Shown: positions 53,681 through 64,000 of the stretch, piece after piece
How positions within the stretch are numbered: position 1 is the first letter of the stretch
Layout of the letters: every line of letters begins with the position of its first letter
NCBI GenBank assembly: GCA_047495785.1
Contig: JBLDXI010000073.1
Span: forward strand, 1 to 64,000
Source of the DNA: Lepidodermella squamata
Lineage: Eukaryota > Animalia > Gastrotricha
Direction of reading: 5' to 3'
Length of the DNA: 64,000 nt
The notes under the pieces: generated by a model
Seen by the model: the letters and a program-made list of their open reading frames with translations, nothing else
Told to the model about the DNA's origin: nothing
Databases searched by the model: none
Program-made: the position numbers and the translations under genes

Positions 53681-55196
53681 AGCATTGAAATTCCGAATTG
53701 CATTGAGAAGACTTGAATTAATCGTGTATATTAAAACACTGGTACACGTTGTTCTTCATTAGGGTTTCATTTTAGGGATCCTATTTAGGGTGCGAAGTAT
53801 ACCTCAGCTCCAGGGTCCAACTGCATGGGGGACCCTTTGGTTTCTTCGGCTGGGTCCTTGAAAACAAGTAGGAAACACCTCGAAAAGATGGCAGGTTGAT
53901 TTATCTTCCATACTTTCACGTCGGCTTATCAAGGGGCGAAACCACAAGGTAGCCTCACAGTCGGCGATAACACATGTAACGTCAGTTTCTACCTCAATTG
54001 ATCATTGATAAAAAGTATTAAAAACTAATCTAATTGCTAATTTTTCTAATTGCAACCATGGCTGCAGCTGTAGAGAAAAAGTATTGCTCAATGCAGGAGT
54101 TCGCCTTCGTGAAGTCATTAGGAAGCGGTTCCTTTGGCTCCATGATGTTATGCAGGCGGAGCAACGACGTAGCACCTTACGCTATCAAGGTGGTAAACCT
54201 CACGCAAATTCGTGAAAGGTTTACCGCGGAACCGACGTTCGCCGAAAGGCTGGTAAATTTAAGCAAGGAAGAGGTTGCATCTTGAGCATGCTATATTTTC
54301 CTACTCTATAAACGCCTTATTGCATTTTCAGCATGAAAAATTGGTAAAATTGGCGCACCCCCATATTGTTCAGGTGTTTGGAGCTTTCACAGGTAGGTTG
54401 TGCCAGAGATAACTGCTGCTTCTGAAATAGCACCCTATTCGAGAGCATAACTTGAACTAAACTTGAATTGTGTAGCAGGCTCTAACTAATACAATAAGCA
54501 AAAAAACCCCGAAAATCCCGAAGAAGTTACTTTGATGTTGATGTTGATTTGATTTGATTTCAACTGTAAATAACAAAATATTTAACACATATTTCGATTT
54601 AACATGTTTCGAAGTTTTAGTGTATAGTCACAAATTCTCTGTAAAAGCCACAAAATATCGCCTAAATTACCTCGACGGAATTATCGAGCGCTCCATCGCG
54701 ACATCAAGCCGCAGAACATTCTACTGCTCAATGGCAATGTAAAACTAGGGGATTTTGGGTTGACGAAGATATATGATGAGTAAAATTACAACTGTCCTCT
54801 ATAGAATTTTTCATGCGTCTTGTAGCCCTTCAATCAGTAACCAGCAATCGGCGTACAATTTCAAGATCGGTACAGAGCTTTACAAGGCGCCTGAATTATT
54901 TGGTAAGAAGGAGCACTCGCACGAAAGCGACTGGTGGTCTTTGGGCGTAACTTTGTTCGAATTGGCCAACTTTGACAGGCCTGTTTGTTTTACTTCTTGT
55001 TTTTTTTTCCTTCATCATGGCTCCTTTTTAGTTTGATACTATCCTGGATATCATTGCGTAAGTTTCAGCTTGGAAATATGTTAAAGCGGAAACCAAAACA
55101 ACAAATTTGCAGGAATCCCCCAAAAGAATTTGATGATTCACGCGGTTATTCGCTCGCGTTTCGGAACATCATTTTGGCATTTATCCATCATAAAGA

Positions 55197-57579
55197 CATT
55201 ATGTTTCCGATTTTCCGGGTCAAAGTCCATTGTCAGCCATTGCTGTCATCCATCAGCCACAGTCAGCTCGCGTGTTGTCGTCCAGAGAGCTTGGTGACTT
55301 GGTGACTTGGTGACTTGGTCGTGTCATTGCAATTTTCAATGCAAATTTCGCATTATTTTTCCAGGTGTTACTTATTACACTGCAGCACCTATAATGTGTT
55401 CAGAAAATGATCGGGAAGTCTCTTGCAACCTGCTATCAAGAAACGGGTGAATTGCGGTTACGTCTATGTTAACCTCTTGCTTTTAGTTCGGAATGAGTTT
55501 TTCAAGTAATTTAGGGACTTTTAACTTTTAACCGCTGTTTAAAAATATGGCCAACGATGGTGGATCAAAATGATGCAATTAAACATTTTACAGGTTTGGT
55601 GCTACAAAATCATGACAAGAGTAAGACTGTGATTTGCCAAGCGGGCGCAACTCAATGTTACCATGTGTTAATTGGAGTCAAATAGTGATGCGCTCCGATT
55701 TTGGCTGATCGCGATTAAATCACGATTAAGTCGAATCGAATTTTAATCATGGCGCTCGTCCCAAAATCGTCTTTCCTGGCATCGATTAATCGCCCGATTA
55801 ATCGCCCGATTAATCGGCTATGATAGATGTTCTGACAAGACAGTGTAGAGGCGAATCTGCTTACGTTCATTCCTATTTCTTTTTTTCTTCTATTGCATTC
55901 TTTTTTCTAAGCATAAGAAAAATCTATTCGCTATTTGAAAATTGCATGCATAACAGGAAACTGATTGATTATCGATTATCGATTATCGATTTGCGCTCAT
56001 CCAATGGTCTCTATCAATTAACGGTTCGCATCATCTTGTTCAGCGTAAAAAGTTACCCTAGAGCCCAAATTTTCATCAAAACAGGGTGAATGGTTGTGAA
56101 GAAATCGCGCAATCAAAATTTGGTTTCCGGCTATTGAATTGATCAATTAATTGGATTATAAAAATAAAAATCTCAAAGAAATCGGCAAAACCGCTTCTTT
56201 TCATGTCGAAACCCCCCTTAGAAACCCCGGAGGGGGTAGTTTTTCCCGAGGAATCAGAATCTGCTTTCAGAATTTCAATAGCCATCATACTTCCGGAGAT
56301 AATTAGTACTAATTAATAAATTTATTGCTTTATTGCACTCAATTTATTTTGCATCACCAAAACCAATTTAGGTCGAGTAACACATAGAATTACTCAGTTT
56401 TTTGCGTAGAATCTCGTGGAATTGTCAGATTGAGGATACGAGTTGATAGTAATGCTAGAAGCGCGTTCAAATATTTGTTACAAACAAGCCTATCTGATTT
56501 ATGATTTTACTTGAATTTAATACAGCGCCCACGATTAATCGATTTGATTTGTCGGGCGATTCGATTGACGATTTAATCGCGATTAACACGATTCGATTAT
56601 CGTGGAAATCGAATTTTAATCGATTAAAGAAAAAATAATCGGCGCGCATCACTAGAGTCAAATCAAAGCTAATTTCCGTCTTTTAGGTGAAAAGGAGACA
56701 TCACACCAAGATGTATGCTTATTATCAAACAGAATATTTTTAGGAGAGCCAAATTTGCTTGTTGTATACAATATCCGGGTGGATATCATTGATGGATAGC
56801 ACGATGGATATTGGCCTGAAGGCAAGAAGGCTTTCTATGTGGGCCAAGGGCGCAGCCGAAGGCCGGAATCGTGGCCTGAAGGACGAATATCCATCGCTGT
56901 CCATCGATAACACCCGCATATGGTTGTTATCCGGCGTCAAAAATCATAAAATCCGGATAACGGAGCCTAAGTTTAGATCCTGGCACCATCAACGCAACCA
57001 AGTTAAAAGCAGTGACTTCTTTAAAAATGCAGGCAAATCAGGCAAAGCAGGCCATGATCTCAAGAAGCGATGATCAAGCCTTATGCAGAAAATTGTTTTG
57101 GATTTCTGCTTATCAATCGCGATATTCCAGAAATATTTGAAAATTCATTACTTCTGCAAATGCATTCTGCTTCCCATCTTATTCGGTTTTACCCCAAGCT
57201 AAAAGTCAGTAAAAAGTGAATCCAAATATTTATGTTTTCCTTTCCCCTAAATTCAATTTCTCAAAACAATTTGTTTGTACTTAAGTCATCAAAGCATAGA
57301 TACCTTGACCTGAAAAATTATCAAAACGAAAAGCTGATCGATGATGTCATGGTTATTGATGATACAGGTACAAAATAAAGGTTATAGGTGCTGAAGTGTA
57401 ATAAGTAACACCTGGAAAAATAATGCGAAATTTGCATTGAAAATTGCAATGACACGACCAAGTCACCAAGTCACCAAGTCACCAAGCTCTCTGGACGACA
57501 ACACGCGAGCTGACTGTGGCTGATGGATGACAGCAATGGCTGACAATGGACTTTGACCCGGAAAATCGGAAACATAATG
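55197..57579. mobile_element. Non-autonomous element, 2383 bp, about 198-bp TIRs, 2-bp TSD
   Basis: CATTATGTTTCCGATTTTCCGGG... inverted at 57579; TSD GA; TTGGTGAC tandem repeats inside the TIR. Removing it restores ..HKDSSRR.. of paralogue D. Confidence 0.9.
55683..56654. mobile_element. hAT-type non-autonomous element nested in the 2383-bp element
   Basis: TIR TAGTGATGCGC(T/G)CCGATT; 8-bp TSD GAGTCAAA; many AATCG/CGATT subterminal repeats. Confidence 0.9.
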
Positions 57580-59914
57580 GATAGCTCAAGGCGCGTACGA
57601 CCACTCGATTTGCTCAACTCAGAGATTGATCCAATTTCACAACAAATCCTCGGTTCTGCCAATGAGATCAGTGTTACAGAGTTTTTGCATCCAAGCGCTT
57701 CTCAAGTGGTACGCCAATTTCATTGTGAATTTTTAGACATGATGTTACCAATCCGTTCTAGCTTCTGTTTCGACTCATCAGGCAACACAAAACGAGAGAA
57801 ATCGAAGCACTGTTATCAAATCCAACTTTCAACTTGAGCGTGAACTGCAGAAATGACGAAGACTTCACCCCGTTGTTCATAGCTGCGCAAGAGGGCCACG
57901 ATGACATTGTCGATCTTCTGACGAAATTCAACGCTGATCCGCTTTGTAAAGACTTGATGGGGAGAACGCCCATTTATGTCGCTGCTGACTGTGGTCGAAC
58001 GAAGACCGTTCAAATTCTCGGAAACTTTTCGAGAGAAAGCGCCGACTGTGCGGCTGCGGATGGTAAGACGCCAATATGGGCCGCAGTGGAGAACGGTCAT
58101 GCTAAGATTGTGACATTGCTGGCAAAAGAAATGGAAGCTAACACTCAAATAACGAATGGGCAGGGCATGACATTGTTGCATGTCGCAGCTCTGGAAGGTC
58201 ACTATGAAGTTACACAAATCCTTGCTAAGGATTTCATCAAGAATGTGAACACCAAAATGATATCGGGTTATACACCTCTCGCGGTGATGAGAGGCCACTT
58301 GAACGTAGTGATATTGCTCAGGCATGCATTCTCAGCGAATGTAAATGCAAATACGAAAGATGGCACGCCCTTGCATATTGCATCTCGGAATGGGAGCGCT
58401 GTGCTCGTAACAACTTTGGCCGGATTATTTAATGCGGATGTTAATATTAAGGACGGAGATGGCCGGACTCCCTTACACATAGCTGCTCAGCATGGACACG
58501 CCGGAATCGTCAGAATTCTAGCCGGAGAATTCCGAGCTAACGTTAACGCCCGTGATAGGCTCGGCGAGACTCCCTTGCATAGAGCTATTTGGAATGGAAA
58601 ACCGAAAGGATACGCGGATGTTGTGGGAATTCTGCTGGGAGAATTCAATGCTGATGTTAACGCCGTGGGTTTATATGGCCAGACTCCATTTCATCACGCT
58701 GCTAAAAATGGGGACATGGAAATCGTTCGAATTCTCGGCGATGAGTTTAACGCAAATGTCAACGCGTCGATTTGTGAACGCCATCCCCCTCTTCATGCTG
58801 CTGCTAGCATAGGAAATATCGACATCGTGAGATATCTCATCTTCGAGTGCGATTGCGAAGTCGATGCACGGGATGAAAATAGTAAACGCCTTTTCACTTC
58901 GCTGCTTTCTGCGGCCAAGTTGAAATGGTGCGGATTCTAGCTAGTTCAACGCAGACGTCAATGCTCTGTGCAATGATCACGCGAACAGCATTGCTTGCAT
59001 CGATTGCCGGTCACTATTCAGTCGTGGAACTGCTGATACGAGAACTGAGAGTTGATGTCAATTAACGAGTGGCATCGACAGGTTGCACAGCTTTGCTAGT
59101 GGCACAGAATTGTCTTGATAGCGTTTCAGATGAAGACAAGCGTCGAACTGTTGACGTTCTTCAAGCAGCCGGGGGACAACGTAGATTCAGCTCATCAGTC
59201 AATACGGAAAGAAACAAGTTTAGAGATGGACTCAATCGCTTTTTACCAGCTATATATGATACTTGGAGCTACGTTTTGAGCCGACTTGCCACCCGTTCGG
59301 GTAAATGTTTAATGGTCGTGCCAGGGTGGGTCGCCAGATAGGGCCATCACCGCAAGAGAAAACATGTTTTTGATATGTTTTCGACGGTTTCTTGTAAATG
59401 ATTTGTTTAAGCAGAAATAGTCCCAACGCAGCATTTATGATTGAGACACTCCCGCTCAGGTCCATCGTCCATCGTCCATCGTCCGTGCACTAATAGAGGG
59501 AGCAACACAATTCAAAATCGCTCAATTCCGGACCCCGCTTAGTTCCGTGCAGGTAAAAGTTTAAAAATTCCGCCTTTTCCCTCATTTTCTTCACGGAAGT
59601 TCGATAATTTTATTGCCTAACCATTTTCATTTATCAACCGACCAAGCTGTCCTCTTCTTGGAGTTATGACTCCTCAAATAAATTAATGAATGAATAAACA
59701 AGAAAGAAAATAAGTCACGACAGCTTGTATGATAGCACACGTATTTATATGCTTGCATAGACTTGTTTAACTTGTGTGCATCTCTCAGCAAACTATTTTT
59801 TGACAAGAAGAATGGCGTTATAGAGCGCAGTGAGCGATCCTACGAGGTTAATTTTCCTTCCCTATCTGCCTCATTTATAGAGTTTTTACCGATATTATCA
59901 GTCATTATACATTT

Positions 59915-60519
59915 GTAAAGCATGCGCAATATTTCTTTTCATCGCATTTTTTCATTCACGGCATAGACATGAAGGAATGTTTTGATGTGGTTTTCCCCAG
60001 TGGGTAGATCTGATCTGCGGTAAACTTTCCTCAAATTTTCGTTAGAATCGCGTTTAAGAGAATAAATTGAAGACGAAAATGCTGTTCACGATTTTGTTAA
60101 AAGTTCTCATTGTTGAAAAACTGCATTTTTCAGGATCTGAGGTTGGATGGCATCATCCAGTGAAAAGGCTTTATCGGAAGTTTTCATAACAGGAGATTAG
60201 GTCACACAGCGCCGTCAGAAGGAAAATTCGGCTTACCGACCACAGAAAACGTCTTATTCCCCAACTGTTATCCGAAACGATTTTGCGGAGTTTTTGGGGT
60301 CAACTTTATGAATCGTGGAGTTTCGGATAGCGGTACACTGTTCGCTCAGAAATCCTTTACTAAACCCTACACGCACAATCTCTCAAAAAAACTTGAAGCT
60401 CAAATTACAATCAACTCAGGCTCAAATACTAGACTCAGGCAATCTATCGACTGGGAATCAAAATATTCCTTCATGTCAATGCCGTGAATGCGATGAAAAA
60501 AATATTAAGCGTACGTTAT
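59915..60519. mobile_element. Diverged relative of the 22554-23298 element
   Basis: Shares GGTAAACTTTCCTCAAATTTTCGT, GGCATCATCC..GAAAAG.CTTTAT and CCACAGAAAA..TCTTAT in the same order; ends approximate. Confidence 0.6.
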
Positions 60520-60618
60520 CAAGCACTGCAGGTAGTGTTTCGTTGTAGGCTAGAGTTGATGTCAGTTTTTTTGAATTGAAAGAGATGAATACAGAATGAA
60601 TAGAATGAACCAGCACTG

Positions 60619-63600
60619 TTATAGTAGTCGTTCACATAATCCTTGGTGGGGTCTGCTACAAGCTTCCTGCCACAGCAGTCCAACCCGGCTGACAGCCACG
60701 CCTAGCAAATGAAAAAGCGAGAATGAAAGTCATTTCAACTCGTTATTCGACTAACATGGTCTTTCGAAATAAGGGGGGAAGCTGAAGTTAAGAAACGAGC
60801 TGATGATGAACGGCTCGCCTGTTATCCAAGAGAAAGACACATCCTCAGTACGCTTAGCTCCGATGTACAATCTATCGCTGTTTGAATTGAAAGTTGATAG
60901 AGCAGCATTGAAAGTTGTCTGGTCTTTGATGATCGCCAGTTTTTTCCCATTGCTCTGGCATTCTGCAGCTACGGCTGATCTATTGCCGGGCGTTGTTGTG
61001 CGAACAAAGCCAGAAACCATCTGCAATATGTACGATTGAACATTGGTATTGAATACGTTGGAATAACAACGACTTACATCACCGCAAATGCCATTCAACA
61101 ATAATCCTGAACAGCTATCATCAACGAAGCCTTTCTGAGACATAACTACGCCTGAAAGCATAGAAACACAGTAAAATAGTAGCTTGGGGTATTCACTTCC
61201 TCCGAAGTGAACTGTCTCCCCCAGTGGACCCCAGCCAGAGAAAGGCTGAAAAAGCCACAGGGGGACCTTTTGGTTTCTTCCGCTGTTTCCTAGAAATTAA
61301 GTAGAAAACACCCCGGCTCCCGTAGACCTGAATCCCTAATTTTTTCTCTCCGGGACGCTCATTTAGATCTAAACGCCATTTTTCTGGAAGCTTTGCGTTT
61401 TTGGTCACTTTTGATGAATTTTTCACCTGTCCAACTACCGTATGTACCGGATTACAAGTTAACACCTAATCAGTAGGGGGGCCTATTTAGCAGAGAGGGT
61501 CTTATAAACGAGACATGCCCTCTATTTTGACCCTGCCCTGTATTTATATAAATGAACTTTGAGCTGTGGTACACAACAGTTTTCGAGCTAGAAGCACTAG
61601 AAATCGCCCTGTTTCGCCTCACTTTCAGCTTTGATGTGATCATAAGGAGAGCATTAAGTGAATAAAACCGTACATTCGCACGATTCACGCGAGTTTTAAC
61701 CCTTGAGAAGCTGCGGGGTGCCAATTGAGACATGCACCTAAATATGGCCCTGCCTTCTCATTGGGTCCTGCCCTGTATTTCGGTCCTGCTTACTAAATCG
61801 GTATATACGGTAGTAGTGAGTCCTTTCCGGTATATACGGTAGCTCTGACCTAACTATAGACCATATATTTGGACGCAGCACATCCTGGGCTTTCCAGCAA
61901 TATTAGTTTCATCAAAGTTGCACCGTAGGCCGACATTAGCCTACAACTGACACTTCTCCTTTAGCGCAAGCGAGTTATTTAATCGAAAAGATAACACATC
62001 CAGTCATATGACCCATTGTTACATAGAGCGAAGTAGGACCGCGGAACTGCTAGGGATTGCAAAAATCGACATAAGGGTCCCCCCTTTGGTCTTTGACTGA
62101 GCTCACCTTGCGGACCTCATGAACTGGTAGGGATGATCCCTACCATCCCTAGCGGTACTTCGCTCTCTGCATTGTTAACCCCGCTTTTGATAGGATTTTT
62201 TTGGCGGTTCATATTTCAGTACTTTTTCGGTAATAATGCGCACATTTTCAGGCCCGCCTACGTTACGGCTCTGCGCGCGCTCCTATTGGCCAGCTCATTT
62301 TGAACTGTAATCAAAGGGCACTCTATGAATTTCACGTCGGCTTTTACATCAAAGTGAAGTAAATTGAATTCTCTATCGATTGAATATAGATTTGTTGCGA
62401 TTGAAATTTGAGAATTAAACATTTTACGTGCATATCTTTTACTTGGTGTTGCGCTCGCGTGAGGTCACCCGCCCTAATTTTTCAGTGCGCGTAAAACTTT
62501 TTCCCTTTCAATTTTTCGAGCGAGAACCCTATATTCAATCGATAGAGGATTCAATTCTCTTCATTTTGGCATAAAAACCGACACAAAAAATTCAAGTTAC
62601 TCTTTGACAACTGCGCGCGCGGTAAAATTAGCGATTAATAACAGTGCGCACGACTTGGGCGAGTGAGCGTGCCTTGTAAATGTGTCCTGAAGTTAGCCAT
62701 GTTTGCTTATTTTTCGTACCTACCATGCACATTTTATATCGATAGATGAGGATTTTTTCGGTTGAAATTATGTTTTATAAATCTGATAAAATATATGCGA
62801 AATGCGCAACTTTTTTGGGTTAAAATTGATTTAGTTGTGCACGCGCGCACTTACGGCGCGCATGTGTTGCGTAACAGTGTGCGCGAAATGGCCGGCCAAT
62901 AGGAGCGCGCGCAGAGCCGTAACGTAGGCGGGCCTGTGCTAATAATGCCGGAAAAGTACCGAAATTTGCCGCGTAATTAAACCCCCATATACGGTGCGAT
63001 GAAACCACCATTTGCCACTATACTAAGTATCCCTGTTTCAATATTGTTGAAAAAGTTGTTGATCAAGCTCGAGTGGTCCAGGACAGAAAACCCGAAACCT
63101 TTATATGAATTTATATGAAAAAGATAATAGATAACTAACATGTTCCGCTATTCTCAAGTTTACTGTAGTCCCATAAAGGCGATTGCATGTCAACGAGACT
63201 GTTGTCGTCCCATCGATAAGTCGCCACCAACCCGGACCAGACCGTTTCAGAGCTTACAATCAGCCCCGCGGCCTGGGCTAGATCAGCTTGCGAAGATATA
63301 ACGGCCAGGCGGCCGCCCGCATTCCTACAAGCCTCCATAGCCGGGCGGAAGTACGAAATCGCGGAAATGATTTCGCTGCTGGCGTCGCCTCCTTCATACA
63401 GGCTGCGTAGTTCTCCGCAAAGTTGGTCGAGTTCGCATAGATGGCCACCTTAGCAAATCAAATTAAATTAGGTAGCATTGAGTATACTCAAGCTGCCCAC
63501 CCTAGTTGAACCTTCGGGACAGGTGTCGTAGCACTTCTTGCCGTTTGAAGACTCGCACTGGACAGCAAACTGGAAAAACAAAGATATCCACAGTGTAAAT

Positions 63601-64000
63601 AAGAAGTTCATTGAAGGTCGTTGAAATATATGCTTATTTCTAATTTAGGTGGTGCTGTTTATTGATGCGGTGCGATGCGGTGATTGGGTCCGATGCTACT
63701 CGCAATTCGATGACAAATTCACTGATTGCCGCGAATTACCCACTGGTTGCTTTCGATTATTACGTGAATATCAAGTTGAAAGCTTGCAATATCAAACGGT
63801 TTTTCTTGTGTACCATTCCAGCGCCGGGGTATTTTCGATGTACTTACCAAACAATTCGACCCCCAGATTAATAAATTTTCTTGAAGTTCATTGGATTCTA
63901 AGATCATTGGTCAATGTCCCGAATCTTTCTGACGCATCGTTATTACGTAATTGCTAAAAGACGCGAACTCACCTGTGAGTATGCGGCGTTTTCCTGCAAA
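60619..64000 (-). CDS. 3' part of another Cys-module + 2 C-type lectin gene (5' end beyond the window; possible frameshift at about 63340-63400)
   Basis: Exons FAVQCESSNGKKCYDTCPEG; VAIYANSTNFAENYAAC; CTL EACRNAGGRLA..WSGL..WDD; C-VVMSQKGFVDDSC..GIC; second CTL ECQSNGKKLA..LYIGA..W; ends GLCERLL* (TAA at 60619-60621). Confidence 0.72.
61438..61839. mobile_element. Tc1/mariner-like MITE with a duplicated right end
   Basis: TA-CCGTATGTACCGGA.. / ..TCCGGTATATACGG-TA; a second right-end copy finishes at 61810; internal CCTGCCCTGTATTT repeats. Confidence 0.5.
62022..62169. mobile_element. 148-bp hAT-type MITE
   Basis: TIR CA(T/G)AGAGCGAAGTA; 8-bp TSD CATTGTTA (62014-62021 and 62170-62177). Confidence 0.85.
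62249..62936. mobile_element. TIR element with a perfect 43-bp GC-rich inverted repeat
   Basis: CAGGCCCGCCTACGTTACGGCTCTGCGCGCGCTCCTATTGGCC at both ends in inverted orientation; no TSD seen; flanks are also weakly inverted. Confidence 0.65.

Larger units (their letters stand above)
54058..59341 (+). pseudogene. Kinase-ankyrin paralogue D, pseudogene
   Basis: GSGSFG, YAIK, HRDIKPQN, DFG and APE are present. The MEYC..AFLH segment is missing; exon interrupted by a TE at 55197; frameshift and stops after about 58890. Confidence 0.85.

Noticed and set aside
53759-53790. Three TTAGGG motifs as an interstitial telomere
   Set aside because: Not tandem; the last looks like a hAT-like terminus (TAGGGTGCGAAGTA).
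54985-55305. Shared peptide MFPIFRVKVHCQP.. in two ORFs (also 57471-57662)
   Set aside because: Translation of the two TIRs of the 55197-57579 element.

Overview
Eukaryotic, almost certainly invertebrate animal, DNA: short AT-rich GT-AG introns, EGF, C-type lectin and ankyrin genes, and U2 snRNA genes. (1) 1-15146 is a near-perfect inverted duplication (arms at least 7496 bp, 153-bp spacer). It carries mirror copies of a U2 gene, a 5'-truncated EGF/C-type-lectin gene and the 5' part of a giant secreted gene. (2) 11350-20663 is that giant multi-exon gene: signal peptide, about 16 tandem copies of an unrecognised Cys-rich module on phase-0 exons, and two C-type lectin domains. Related modules occur in three other genes with different C-termini, including a secreted EGF-ankyrin fusion with no transmembrane segment. 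(3) 23.6-59.3 kb holds a birth-and-death cluster of NEK-like kinase plus ankyrin-array genes: one intact copy with 26 repeats, three broken copies and one kinase relic. (4) There are many DNA transposons, notably an apparently intact 9.6-kb animal-type CACTA/EnSpm element inserted in the EGF-ankyrin gene, plus non-autonomous CACTA-, Harbinger- and hAT-like elements with target-site duplications. Also present are a third U2 gene and a trypsin-like protease remnant. All gene models were spliced by eye; no database searches were possible.
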